From Prorocentrum cordatum (lineage: Eukaryota): 64,000 nt of DNA. The notes beneath the pieces are model-generated. The model did no database searches. It was not told the DNA's origin and saw nothing but the letters and a program-made list of their open reading frames with translations. Positions 1-13,945 of this stretch are shown here, piece by piece. Each line of letters begins with the position of its first letter. The stretch's first letter is position 1. Both the position numbers and the translations under genes were made by a program. Where the stretch lies: contig CAUYUJ010000146.1 of NCBI GenBank assembly GCA_963575745.1, positions 1-64,000 of the forward strand. The letters run 5' to 3'.

Positions 1-709
1 CCGTCTCCTCATCTTACCAACGTTCCTCAGAGGCTCAGTGGAACGTCCACCCAGTGCCCCTTTCCGCCCTGACAATTTTATTCCGCGTCGCACCGCGCCC
101 CCCCCCTCCCTGCCCGCCCACCTCACAACTCCCCCAGCGTGCTCCAACGGCCCAATGCAACTTCTGGCCAATGCCCCCTCCGCCCCGATCACTTCATTCC
201 GCGTCGCACCGCGCCCACCCCCCCCTCCCTGCACCCCCCCTCCTCCTCCTCCCAGCGTTCCCCAGAGGCCCAATGGAACCTCCGCCCAATGCCCCCTCTC
301 ACTCGGCCATTTTATTCCGCGTCGCACAAACTGGCGCCCCCCGCCTTCTGGCCCACTCCCCCCCCCCAGCGTGCTCAACGGCCCAGTGGAAACTTCCGCC
401 CAATGCACCCCCCCGCCCGCGACCATTTTATTCGCGTCGCGCCGCACCCGCATCCCTCTCCGCTTCTTCCCGCCGCCCCCACCCCCCCCCTCACCCCCAC
501 CTCGCTCCCCCCCAGCCCAATCCCCAGCCCCACCCCCACCCCACTTTCACCCCCACTTTCGCCCGCACTTTCACCCCAACTGTCACCCCCACCAACACGC
601 CCAACTGTCACCCCCACTTTCGCCCCCATTTTTCACCCTCACCCCACCACCCTCGCCAACCCTCACCACACCCTCACCACCACCCTCACGCACACCTCAC
701 CCCCCCCAC

Positions 710-742
<33 letters not shown>

Positions 743-869
743 CGTCACCGTCACTGTCACCGTCACCGTCACCGTCACCGTCACCGTCACGCTCACCCTC
801 ACCACCCTCATCAGCCTCACCACCCTCACCACCCTCACCCTCGCCCTCACCCTCACCACCCTCGCCCTC

Positions 870-1913
870 ATCCTTGTTCCTTAATAGAATATACCCCCAC
901 TTACGTCGTATTCCGGCCGATAGCGACCCAATCCGGGACCTCCCATTCGGACTGCAAAAAATCAATACAAAGTGGCCGTTTTTCTTCTCAACATCGTTTT
1001 TCTTGCCGTCGACGATGCGAAAAGCGTGGCAGGAATGGGACGCGGCGCACATCGCGCGCGGCAGTCAATCTGGGCCCGCCCATCCTGACTGTAAAAAATC
1101 AATACAAAGTCTTCGTTGTTTCATCTCAGCATGACCTGCCTTGTCGCCGACGGTGTGAAATATGTCGCAGCAGTGGGACGCGGCGCACATATGGGACGCG
1201 GCGCGCATCGCGCGCGGCCGTCAATCCGGGCCCGCCCATCCTGACTGTAAAATACCATACAAAGTCTCCGTTTTTTCCTCTCTGCATGGCCTGCCTTGTC
1301 GCCGACGGTGCGAAATATGTGGCAGGAATGGGACGCGGCGCGCATCGCGCGCGGACGTCCATGCGGGCCGCGGGACCTCCCATCCTGACTGTAAAAAACA
1401 ATACACAGTTGCCGTTTTTCCTTTCATCATGGCCTGTCTTGTCGTCGACGATGCGAAATGCGTGGCAGGAACGGGGCGCGGCGCACATCGCGCGCGGACT
1501 TCTGGGGCAACCCCAAGGCGGGAGGGGCCACCTTACTTGTCAGAAGCAATGCCATTCTGATTTTCGCTTGCCCACATAGCTGTTTTTGTCGTCCATCCCG
1601 CAAAAGTGCATGGCAAGAATTGGGCGCGGCATCCCCCCCCCCCGCTCGAAGTGAATGGAATGACCTTCTCGCTTGGGCGCCGAGCGAAATTTTCTCAAAG
1701 TCGTGCTCCCGCTTTGGCTCGGCGCACGTTTTTAGCTCGCCAATTCATTGGGCGCCGGGGCGTTCCAGGAGGCCCTGGGGTGACGAATGCCTGGGAGGTT
1801 TTTGCTTGTTCAGGCTCTTGGAGGGCCTCCTGAGTCTCCCCGCGGTTTCTTGGCGCTACGGCCGTCTGGAGGCCATCTTGGGCGTCTTGGAACGATCTTT
1901 CGGCGACTCAGGG

Positions 1914-1968
<55 letters not shown>

Positions 1969-2434
1969 GACTACTACTACTACTAACTCACTACTACTAT
2001 ACTACTACTACTACTATACTCCTGCTACTACTACTATATCCTACTGACTAGACTACGGACTACGACTAGAATATGACTTGCTAAACGAGTAAAACCAACC
2101 CAATACTCTATACACTACTACTTACTCTACTACTACTTACTACTACTATACTACTACTAATACTACTACGACTACTACGACTACAACGACGGACTACGAC
2201 GACTACTACTACTACTCCTACTAACTACCACTAATACTAACGACTACCACTACACAGACTTTTTTAAAAAACAAACGACTACGACTACGGATCGGACGAG
2301 CACTACTTAAGTACTATACATACGATACTACTACTAGTACTACAAAACCACTACGATACTACTACTGCGACTACGACTACGACTTCGACGACTACTACTA
2401 CTACTACTACTACTACCACTACTACTACTACTAG

Positions 2435-2466
<32 letters not shown>

Positions 2467-2467
2467 T

Positions 2468-2517
<50 letters not shown>

Positions 2518-2668
2518 TTACTACTACTACGACTACGACTACGACTACTACGACTACTACTACGACGGCTACTACTACTACTACTACTACTACTCCCTAC
2601 TCTATACTACTACTACTACTGCTACTACTATACTTACTACTACTACTACGACTACTACGACTACTACA

Positions 2669-2763
<95 letters not shown>

Positions 2764-5608
2764 GCGCAAGCACCCAGTTGCGCCAGCATTGTTTCTTATG
2801 TTGTGGGAGTGCGGAACGTGTCCGTTGTTCCTTTTAACATGGCCAGTCTTGTGGTCGACGTTGCGAAACTCGTGGCGGGAATGGGACGCGGCGCACATCC
2901 CGCGCGGACGTCAATGCGGTGTCGTGGGGTATCATCCACTCGCACTGAAATGCCCGCGCAACCCCCAGTGGTGCCATCACTGTTTCTTATGTTGTGGGAG
3001 GGCGGGTGGGAATTGGCATTCTCGCTCGAGCTGGCTAGCTTGACCACCGCCCTCACCCTCACCCTCATCCTTGTTCCCTATTAGAATATACCCCCACCTA
3101 CGTCGTATTCCGGCCGATAGCGACCCAATCCGGGACCTCCCATCCGGACTGCAAAAAATCAATACAAAGTGGCCGTTTTTGTTCTCAACATCGTCGTTCT
3201 TGTCGTCGACGATGCGAAAGACGTGGCAGGAATGGGACGCGGCGCACATCGCGCGCGGCAGTCAATCTGGGCCCGCCCATCCTGACTGTAAACAATCAAT
3301 GCAAAGTCTCCGTTTTTTCATCTCAGTATGGCTTGCATTGTCGCCGACGGTGCGAAATATGTCGCAGCAGTGGGACGGCGCACATCATATGGGACGCGGC
3401 GCACATCGCGCGCGCGGCCGTCAATCCGGGCCCGCCCATCCTGACTGTAAAAAATCAATACAAAATCTCAGTTTTTTTCCTCTCAGGTGGCTTCCCTTGT
3501 CGCCGACGGTGCGAAATATGTGGCAGGAATGGGACGCGGCGCGCATCGCGCGCGGACGTCCATGCAGGCTGCGGGCCCTCCCATCCTGATTATATAAAAA
3601 GCAATACCGAATTGCTTTTTCTTTTCATCATGGCCTGTCTTGTCGTCGACGATGCGAAATGCGTAGCAGGAGTGGGGCGCGGCGCACAGCTCGCGCGGAT
3701 TTCTGGGGCAACCCCAAGGCGGGAGGGGCCAACTTACTTGTCAGAAGCAATGCCATGCTGATTTTCCCTGCCCACATAGCTGTTTTTGTCGTCCACCCCG
3801 CAAAAGTGCATGGCAAGATTTGGGCGCGGCACACCCCCCTCCCCCCCGCTCGAAGTGAATGAAATGACATTCCCGCTTGGGCGCCGAGCGACATTTTCTC
3901 AAAATTGCGCTCCCGCTTTGGCTCGGCGCACGTTTCTAGCTCGCCAATTCATTGGGCGCCGGGGCGTTCCAGGAGGCGCTGGGGTGACGAATGCCTGGGA
4001 GGTTTTTGCTTGTTCAGGCTCTTGGAGAGCCTCGAGAGGCTCCCCGCGGTTTCTTGGCGGCGTCTTCGGCCGTCTGGAGGCCATCTTGGGCGTCTTGGTG
4101 CGATCTTTCGGCGACTCAGGGCCCCTCGGATCGTCTCGGGGGCGTCTCGGCCATCTTGGGGCGTTCCTGGGGCGCTCTGGGACCTGGAAGTCAGCGCGGA
4201 AGTCAGCGCCGAAGAAGAAAACCATCGTTGGGACCGACGTGCCCAAGACCTGCTCGGGGTTCTTTTCGTCCGGGGGCCCACAGGGGCCGGCCCGCGCGCG
4301 CAAAATATTCTTAACTGGTTACCGGAGATCTTAGCACGCCTCTGGCCCGTGGGGATGGCCCGGGACCTGCGCAGATGGGGCGCGGCGCACTTCGCGCGCG
4401 GGGAACGTCTAGCCGCCCACGGTATAAGATAAACGACGGGCGTCGGACGCGACGCGCTTGCTTCTTATGTTGTGGGAGGGCGGGTGGGAGTGGACGGAGC
4501 CCTCTCGCTCGTTCGAGCTGGCTGACTTGACCCTCGCCCTCACCCTCACCCTCACCCTCATCCTTGTTCCCTATTAGAATATACCCCCACCTACGTCGTA
4601 TTCCGGCCGATAGCGACCAAATCCGGGACCTCCCATCAGGACTGTAAACAATCAATACAAAGTGGCCGTTTTTCTTCTCAACATAGTTTTTCTTGTCGTC
4701 GACGATGCGAAAAGCGTGGCAGGAACGGGACGCGGCGCACATTGCGCGCGGCAGTCAATTTGGGCCCGCCCATCCTGACTGTAAAAGATCAAGACGAAGT
4801 CTTCGTTGTTTCATGTCAGCATGGCCTGCCTTGTCGCCGACGGTGCGAAATATGTGGCAGCAGTGGGACGCGGCGCACATATGGGACGCGGCGCACATCG
4901 CGTGCGCGGCCGTCAATCCGGACCCGCCCATCCTGACTGTAAACAAACAAATACAAAATCTCAGTTTTTTTTCCTCTCAGATGGCCTCCCTTGTCGCCGA
5001 CGGTGCGAAATATGTGGCAGGAATGGGACGCGGCGCGCATCGCGCGCGGACGTCCATGCGGGCTGCGGGCCCTCCCATCCTGATTATATAAAAAGCAATA
5101 CCGAAGTGCCGTTTTTCCTTTCATCATGGCCTGTCTTGTCGTCGACGATGCGAAATGCGTGGCAGGAATGGGGCGCGGCGCACATCGCGCGCGGATTTCT
5201 GGGGCAACCCCAAGGCGGGAGGGGCCAACTTACTTGTCAGAAGCAATGCCATGCTGATTTTCCCTGCCCACATAGCTGTTCTTCTCGTCCACCCCGCAAA
5301 AGTGCATGGCAAGAATTGGGCGCGGCCCCCCCCCCCCCGCTCGACGTGAATGGAATGACCTTCTCGCTTGGGCGCCGAGCGAAATTTTCTCAAAGTCGTG
5401 CTCCCGCTTTGGCTCGGCGCACGTTTTTAGCTCGCCAATTCATTGGGCGCCGGGGCGTTCCAGGAGGCCCTGGGGTGACGACTGCCTGGGAAGTTTTTGC
5501 TTGTTCAGGCTCCTGGAGGGCCTCCTGAGTCTCCCCGCGGTTTCTTGGCGCTACGGCCGTCTGGAGGCCATCTTGGGCGTCTTGGAACGATCTTTCGGCG
5601 ACTCAGGG

Positions 5609-5680
<72 letters not shown>

Positions 5681-5702
5681 ACTTACTACTACTACTACTA
5701 CT

Positions 5703-5776
<74 letters not shown>

Positions 5777-6162
5777 ACTACTACTACTACTACTACTACT
5801 ACGACTACTACTGCTACTACAAATACTACAGCTGCGACTACGACTACGACTAGACTACTACTACGACTACTATATATATTCTACTACGAGTAACGACTAC
5901 GATTACGCCCTGAGATACTACTCCTACTACTTACTACTACTATATTTTACTACTATACTACTACTACTACTACTAACTTACTACGACTACTTACGGCTCT
6001 TCGACTACTACGGACTACTACGACTACTACGTCTACTACGACTACTACGACTACTACGATTTTACGACTACTACGAAACTACTAGACTACTACGACTACT
6101 ACTTATACTATTCCTACTCCTACTCCTACTCCTACTACTACTCTACTACTACTCACTACTCA

Positions 6163-6194
<32 letters not shown>

Positions 6195-6391
6195 ACGACT
6201 ACGACTACGACTACGACTACGACTACTACGACTACTACGACTACTACGACTACTATGACTACTACGACTACGACTACGACTACGACTACGACTACGACTA
6301 CGACTACGACTACGCTACGACTACGACTACGACTACGACTACGACTACGACTACGACTACGACTACGACTACGACTACGACTACGACTACG

Positions 6392-6434
<43 letters not shown>

Positions 6435-6740
6435 TTACTACTACCACTACGCGCCAGCACCCAGTTGCGCCAGCATTGTTTCTTATGTTGTGGGAGGGTG
6501 GAACGTGTCCGTTGTTCTTTTCAACATGGCCAGTCTTGTCGTCGACGATGCGAAATGCGTGGCGGGAATGGGACGCGGCGCACATCCCGCGCGGACGTCA
6601 ATGCGGTGTCCTGGGGTATCCTCCACTCGCACTGAAATGCCCGCGCAGCCCCCAGTTGTGCCATCACTGCTTCTTATGTTGTGTGGGAGGGCGGGTGGGA
6701 GATGGGCAAGCCATGCTTGACTCGCTCGGCTGGCTAGCTT
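870..6740. repeat. Complex satellite: three ~1.05-kb units (870-1912, 3066-4120, 4560-5609) with internal subrepeats, interleaved with (CCCTCA)n and (CTA/CGA)n tracts
   Basis: Units start CCTTGTTCC..AGAATATACCCCCAC; the core ATGGGACGCGGCGCACATCGCGCGCGG recurs. Confidence 0.9.
1913..2763. repeat. (CTA)n/(CTACGA)n microsatellite
   Basis: Seen directly; a similar tract lies at 5609-6450. Confidence 0.95.
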
Positions 6741-6814
6741 GAACCTCACCCTCACTCACCCCTCACCCCTACCTCGACCACGGCCCACGGCCCACGACAC
6801 GACCACCACCACCA

Positions 6815-7232
6815 CCTGTTGCTGGGTGGTGGCGGACGCATGCGGGCGGTTCCACTGGGACCTTCGGTGGAGCCCCCTTTATGGGGCCACGAAACGCTGT
6901 GCTGGGTGGGCGGAGCGAAGGGAGCAAGGGCTGTGCTGGGTGGTGGCGGACGCATGCGGGCGGTGCCACTGGACCTTCGGTGGGGTTCCCTATGAGGCCA
7001 CGAAGCGCTGTACTGGGTGGGTGAAACGCAGGGAGCAAAGGCCGTGTTGGGTGGTGGCGGACGCATGCGGGCGGTGCCACTGGGACCTTCGGTGGAGCCC
7101 CCTATGGGGCCACGAAGCGCTGTACTGGGTGGGTGAAACGCAGGGAACAAGGGCTGTGCTGGGTGGTGGCCGATCGCGATCATCCATGCTGGGCGTAGCG
7201 GTCCCACTGGTACCTTCGGTGGAGCTCCTATG
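6815..7232. repeat. ~115-bp tandem repeat (about 3.5 units)
   Basis: GCTGGGTGGTGGCGGACGCATGCGGGCGGT recurs. Confidence 0.85.
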
Positions 7233-8058
7233 GTGGCGCGGTTGGGGGGAGGGACGAGGGGGTGAGGGGATGAGGGAGGGGGAGGGGACGAGGGCAAGCT
7301 AGGCGCGCTCGCGTCATATCTGACATCCTACCCCTCCCTCCCATCCCTTGCCATGGCGCAGATCCCCTCTCTACTCGTGCAGTCGGATGTCGAGCGTGGC
7401 AATGGTCCCGAAAGGGTGCGCGATGCATTGTAGAGCACGGCGTGGCATGGCGTAGACGAGCGCCGCGAAGCGTATTATAAACCTAGCGTTGCATTGCATG
7501 CCGCGGCATGGCGCGGGAAATGACGCCAGCGCTGCAGCGAGTCGAAACGAGCGGAAGCGCGGAAATGAGGCCAGCGCTGCAGCGGGAGCACGATTCGGAA
7601 CGAGCGGAAGCACGCCAGAATCGGCCCGGACGGCTTTCCCGGGCGCCAGAAGCAGAAACTTCAGCATTTTCAAAAGAACAAATGTGTATTGGAATGGCCT
7701 TTTTTCGGCCGCCTCGGGGAACTCGATTTTCCGGGCATCCGGCGCCGGAAAAACCGGCTCCGGACCGGGCCCGAGCGCCAGCCCAGGCGCCGGCTCGGGC
7801 GTCTGGCCCGGGCGCCGGCTCGGGCGCCAGCTCGGGCGTCGGAATCGGCCCGGGAGGCTTCCCGGGCGCCAGAAACAGAAATTTAGCATTTTCAAAAGAA
7901 TATCCGGCACAAAAGCAACCTAACAGCGATGTGTATGGTGCATATCTGGAAGCATTCCCCTTAAAATTCAGATGAGAATCCTGTTGTAGAATTCTGCTGT
8001 TCTCGCAGTCGTAGTCGCACTCGCGATGGCAGTCGCAGTGGCAACGGCAGACGCAGTC

Positions 8059-9240
8059 ACAGCCTCAGCCTCAGCCTCAGCCTGCCTCAGCCTCAGCCTG
8101 CCTCAGCCTCAGCCTGCCTCAGCCTCAGCCTGCCTCAACCTTCAAACATCAGTCTGCCTTCAGCCTCGGCCTCGGCCTCAGCCTGCTCAGCCCTCACCCT
8201 GCATCAGCTCAGCCCTCAGCTCAGCCTCTGCCTCAGCCTGCATGCCTCAGCTCACTTCAGCCCTGCTGCAGCTCGCCTCCATCCTGCCTTCAGCCTCGGC
8301 CTCAGCCTCAGCCTGCCTCAGCATCAGCCTGCCTCAGCCTCAGCCTCAGCCTGCCTCAGCCTCTGCCTCAGCCTGCTTCAGCCTCAGCTTCAGTCTGCCT
8401 TCAGCCTCGGCCTCAGCCTCAGCCTGCCTCAGCCTCAGCCTGCATCAGCCTCAGCCTCAGCCTCAGCCTGCCTCAGCGCCTCAGCATCAGCCTGCCTCAG
8501 CCTCAGCCTCAGCCTGCCTCAGCCTCAGCCTCAGCCTGCAGCCTCGGCCTCCAGGCGTCTGCGCCTCTGCATGACGCAGCCTCAGCCTGCATCAGCCTCA
8601 GCCTCAGCCTCAGCCTGCCTCAGACGGAGCCCGCTTCTGACTCAGCCTCAGACTGCCTCAGCCTCAGCCTCAGCCTGCTCTGCTCAAGCATCAGCATCAG
8701 CCTGCCTCAGCCTCAGCCTCAGGCCTGTCAGCCTCAGCATCCAGGCCTCAGCCTGCTTCAGCTCAGCTCAGTCTGCCTTCAGCTCGGCCTCTGCCCGCAG
8801 GCTGCTCTGCCTCAGCCTGCATCAGCCTCAGCCTCAGCCTCAGCCTGCCCTCAGCATCAGGACCTTGCCTCAGACTGCCTCTGCTCAGCATCAGGCTGCT
8901 TCAGGCCTCAGCTCAATCTGCCTTCAGCCTCGGGGCCTGCGGCCTCTGCCTTGCCTCTGCCAGCATCAGGCCTCAGCCTTCACCTAAGCCTTGCCTCAGC
9001 TCAGCCTTGCCTCAGCCTCAGCTCTCAGGCCTGCCTCAGCCTCAGCCTCAGCCTGCCTCAGCATCAGCCTGCCTCAGCCTTAGCCTCAGCCTGCCTCAGC
9101 CTCAGCCTCAGCCTCAGCCTGCCTCAGCCTCAGCCTCAGTCTGCTTCAGCCTCAGCCTCAGTCTGCCTTCAGCCTCGGCCTCGGCCTCATCCTGCCTCAG
9201 CCTCAGCCTGCCTCGGCCGCAGCATCAGCCTGCCTCAGCA
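8059..9240. repeat. (CTCAGC)n/(CTCAGCCTGC)n minisatellite
   Basis: Seen directly. Confidence 0.95.
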
Positions 9241-9585
9241 TTCAAAATGTGGCCCAGGAATGGAGTTCTGGGAACTAGAAGAACACGAAGTGGCCTACAG
9301 TTGGCTCCGGGCATTCAAAATCATGCCCAGGAGTGGAGTTCTGGGAACTCGAAGACCACGAAGTGGCCTACAGTTGGCTCCGGGCATTCAAAATCATGCC
9401 CAGGAATGGAGTTCTGGGAACTCGAAGAACACGAAGTGGCCTACAGTTGGCTCCGGGCATTCAAAATCATGCCCAGGAGTGGAGTTCTGGGAGCTGGAAG
9501 ACCATGAAGTGGCCTACAGTTGGCTCTGGGCCTTCAGAATGTGGCCCGGGAGTGGGGTTCTGGGACCTCGAAGACCACGAAATGT
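9238..9585. repeat. ~72-bp tandem repeat (about 5 units)
   Basis: CATTCAAAATCATGCCCAGGA.TGGAGTTCTGGGAACTCGAAGA recurs. Confidence 0.9.
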
Positions 9586-11838
9586 GTAACTGTTGGTTAA
9601 AAACAAATCCCCGGCATCCGGCATCTCCCCGGATTGCGCCCAGACCCGCCTGGGGCGTCATTCTCGTTTGACCCTACAAAAAACCTGTCAGTCTTCGCTG
9701 TTAGGTAAAAATGTGTATTGGAATGGCTTTTCTTCGGCGCCGCCTCGGAACTCGATTTTCCGGTGCCGGCGCCGGAACCGGCTCCGGACCCTGCCCGGGC
9801 GCTGGCCCGGGCGCCGGCTCGGGCGTGGCCCGGGCGCCGGCTCGGGCGCCGGCCCGGGCGTCGGAATCGGCTCGGGAGCCGGAAACAAAAATCTAGCATT
9901 TTCAATAAAAAAAATGTGTATTAGAATGGCCTTTTTTCGGCGCCGCCTCGGAACTCCATTTTCCGGAGGCGGCCGGAACCGGCTCTGGACCCGGCTGCCC
10001 GAGCGCTGGCCCGAGCGCCGGCTCGGGCGTGCAGCCCAGGCGCCGGCGGAAATATGAGGCCAGCGCTGCAGCGGGAGCACGATTCGGAACGAGCGGGGCC
10101 CGAAAATGAGGCCGGCGCCTCAGCGAGAGCAGCATTTTGTGAAAAAATGCAGGCGGAAACCCAACTCGAGGGAAAGTAGTATTCATACTGAATAGATGTG
10201 GAGGAGGGGAGGAGGGGAAAAACGCGGGGACCGTCTCTTCAAAAACGAAGGCCCAACACCACAATATGGTTGGGAAAAAGAAGATATTCTTGAATTCGCC
10301 CAAGGGGTTCCGCGTAACTGCAATCAATCGTCTGAGTACGTTGGTTCTTTCTTGGGTTCGCTGTCATGCAACGACGTGTGCCACGAATCGTACATGTGTA
10401 AGTAGATATGCGTGAGTAGAGAATGCGCCAGTGATTCCCTGAGGCTGACGAACATCGCAGTAACGATCGTCAGCGCTGGGACTTCAGGAGCTGTTCCAAT
10501 GATCTCGTGGTGTTGTATGGGACGCACTTGTTCGTCCGTGTCCAGATTTGACTTCGCCGCTGCTGGTCCTGGTATAGCGTGCCGCACAGTTGGTGTACGT
10601 GTTCTTTTGTCCATCGGCGTTGGGGGAACTTGGGGAATCTCCAACTCCTCATCGTGACCCATCGGCTGGGGTCCGAACGACCGCGTGCATGTGAATTATT
10701 TCACAAATAATACTCTTGGTGTATCTTCCGTCTCTGTACACAAGTCGAAACCTTGTGGGCAGTGACGACTCTCGCTGTAGTTCTGAAGCGCAAGCAGTGT
10801 CCTAAGGACTGCCGCGCTGCCAGGAGGCAAGGCGAACCGTGCCGTGCGCTCCTTTCCAGCTGTCGCCTGTGCATTCTCGCAGTACGTGGGCCCCGTTGAA
10901 GAAAGGTGTTTTAAACGTCCATGGATACGATGATCCAGTGGCCGTGGCAAGTCGCCTCCTAGGCCAACAATCGTTGACTGGAACGTCTTGCTGTCTCTGA
11001 AGATGTTTTGATACCGAAAACCTCTAGTGTGAAAGCCCGAAACACCAATCGTATACCAATCCTGGTCTGATGGTCCTGTCCATCGCTGCAGTCTTCTCGT
11101 GTTTGACGAGTGTCTACTTTCATATATAATGTGAATTAAAACAATATGTGGCCATAATTAACTCTTGCATCTTAAAGCAACTAGTGTCCAACCGTGTCTT
11201 GAATTTGGTCCGCCGTGACTCTGGAGACCTTCTCTGGGTTGGACCGGCTAAATGCTTTCGCCAGGATGTCGTCCTCTCTGTCTGCTAGTGCCCGATTGGC
11301 ACCAGCCGACACATAGACGCGCATAGACCAACATCAGAATATTCCAGCGCTTCGTGTCGTTGTTCTGTCAGCACGACCTTTACCATTTCTGACGTAAAAC
11401 GCAACTCGATGTTCTTGTCATGCTGGTCTTCGTTCAGAATGTGCCACTGGGCGCAACCGCACATTGGATGTTGCATATTTCCCTGCGCTCTTCTGGCACG
11501 TTTGCCTTCTCTTCGGTCGCAACCATCACATGTGTGCACTGGATAGGAGTTGTGTACGTTGGTACTGTGTAGAGCTCATCGTAGTCAACCGTAGGTACCA
11601 ATTCTGTGCCCAACTCATCGTACTATCGGGGATGGACAAACCTCCCCTCGATGAAACGTGGTTAAATGAAAACGACCTGAGGCCCAAACCTGGCGGGCGC
11701 AAGCCTGGAAAATAACGGCCGCGGCGCCCTCTCGAGAACCGAAAACGGACAAGCCACTAATCGAAGTGTCCGTGTTGGGGGTTCTGTCCACCCCCGATGC
11801 CGCTCCTGCGTGATGTGAGCGCCGGCGTCAGCCCATTC

Positions 11839-11987
11839 TCCGGGGGCCCAAACTGGGCTGCGGTAGCTGCGGGAGGTATCCGATCTTATAACCGAAACCT
11901 TTTTCTCGAGCCTCGCAAGGGGCTGCGGGGCGCAGCACATCATATCCTTCTGAATCATTATCAGGCTAGGAGACGATCTGACACGCA
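11839..11987 (-). repeat. 3' LTR
   Basis: Preceded on the minus strand by PPT GAGGAGGAG (11988-11996). Confidence 0.9.
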
Positions 11988-12288
11988 CTCCTCCTCGGCA
12001 GATGTCGCCAACCGACGACTGACGGAAATGCGACATCGCGCTCCGGCCCACGCGGTATTATATCTCGATTATCATGCAACCTGCTGCGGGCTATGGTCGG
12101 CGTCCCGACGGCTGGCCCTAACAAGTTGGTTTCAATAAGCAGGAACTCTGTTCTCTTCGCGGCTTCGAGCTTCACGATTCGCGGCTACGCTCTGCGCGTG
12201 GAAACCAACGAAGCATAGCAATCACTGTGAAACGCACAGCTGCTACAACCTCACTGTGCCCATGCCTTGGTAAGCCCCTCGCGATTTC

Positions 12289-13945
12289 CTAGGTCATGGG
12301 CAGCCTCTTCACAAGCTCGTGATGACGAGCGGGATCCAGAGCCTCCGTTATCAGATCCGCTGCGTTCTCTGCCGTCGGCACCTTCGCGGTGCGCACTTCT
12401 TTCTCGGCCACTTTCTCTTGCAACCGCAGGTGCTTCACGTCCAGGTGTCTGATTCGTCCGACACCCAGCCTCGAACATGTCCCGATGGCGGCGGTGCTGT
12501 CGCCACGCACCGCCACCGTCATCTTGATGCCCATCTCCTCGAACAGGTTCTTCGTGAAGATCCCCCGCGCAGCGCCGTTAGTCATCTCCGCGTACCCAGC
12601 TTCTCCACTGCTCAGCGCACGCGTCGCCTGCTGACCCGCCCAACTGTCGATGCGCGCCTTGCCGACGTACTCGAAACCTCCACCGCGGCTCCTGCGCGTC
12701 ACTTCATCTCCAGCCCAGTCCGAGTCCGTCACGATGGTCAACTCGCTCGGTAACTCCTGATACTCAAAGTTCCACATCATCTGCGGGTGCGTCGCTAAGT
12801 AGGCAGCCAACCGCTTCAGCTTCAGCTCGTGGAGCACCAGTGGCTCCTGCGTCCCGCGCATGATCCAGCTCGTCGCGAACTGGATGTCAGGTCTGTCTGC
12901 TGCCAGGTGCAGTGCCGTCGGCGCCGCCGACTGAAACAGCTTCTTCTCCGCGTGCCCCAGCTTGTCCAACGCCGTTGGCACCTCCTTCCCGATGCTCTTG
13001 GAAGCCGGGCTCTCCCAGTGGAAACCCTTCTCTGTCCAGCTAGCCGTCCTCTTCAGGAAATGGCCAGACGTCGCCACCTCCAGCCTCTGTGGGCCCGCGA
13101 ACGGCGACCGCTTCACCTCGAACTTCGCCTCCAGGATCTTGTTAAGCCACCTCAGGTCATCATGCGTCCCCACGGCCATGAAGTCGTCTCCGTGCACCAC
13201 GATGTAGATGCCCTTCTGGACGTGGTAAAACACCGTCACCGTCGCCGACATGCGGATGAAGCCCTGATCGGTCAACGTCGCAATGACCTTGTGCTGGAAC
13301 AGCTTGCTCGCTCTCCTTGTCCCATGCAGCGCCTTCCGCAACTGCCAAACTACATTCGGCTCCTCCTCACCTGAGGGCGGCACCACGCACACGTCATCAT
13401 CCATCTCAGAGTGGAAGAACGCGTTGCTGATATCCCAAAGCCTTATCAGGTAGACTTTCATGTGGCTCCTGAACGTCGCTGCCGGCACCAGTGCCAGCCT
13501 GGCGAACTTCAGCGGGGGCGAATGTGTCGTCGCGCGCCTGGTAGGCAACCTGCATGGCCACGAACGTGCACCGCGCAGTGTCAGTGCCCACCTTCCAGTC
13601 CTGCAACCACTTTCCCCTCGCGCGCTTGCGATTCGCCTCCGTGACGTGAGCCCGCTTGAACGCTCCATGCCCTTTCATCTTGGCGCGCTCTCGAGCTCTT
13701 CCCTCTCGGACCTTCTCTGCTGGAAGCAGCTGTCCAGAGAGCGCGCCCTCGACGTTGGAAAGATCCTTCTCCTCGTGCGGTTCCGCGGCGTACTCGCCAA
13801 GGTCCACCGCGCGCAGTTCCATTGACGTGGCGTTGACGGCCAGCCCGCCGACTACGCGCGCCTTCTTGCTCTCGGGCTTCTCTTCCTTCTCTGAGACCTG
13901 TCGCTTCACTCCTTCGGTAATCTCCGCGGGGTCCTGCACCATCAT
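12289..13945 (-). pseudogene. Copia reverse transcriptase-RNase H (frameshifted)
   Basis: WDISNAFFH, WQLRKALHG, VVHGDDF, RPDIQFA, TDSDWAG, LSSGEA, DSTAA, RHLDVK, NAADL. Confidence 0.92.

Noticed and set aside
660..870. (CCCTCA)n as telomere
   Set aside because: Short, interstitial, part of the satellite unit, and not CCCTAA or CCCTAAA.
38..1579. Long Pro/His-rich ORFs (513 aa and others)
   Set aside because: Products of C-rich low complexity and satellite sequence; no domain signal.
9238..9585. 72-bp repeats as a tRNA or CRISPR array
   Set aside because: No cloverleaf or A/B boxes evident; no unique spacers.
10330..11660. Lower-GC unique-looking segment
   Set aside because: Only short ORFs with no recognisable motif; may be a decayed element but I cannot support a call.
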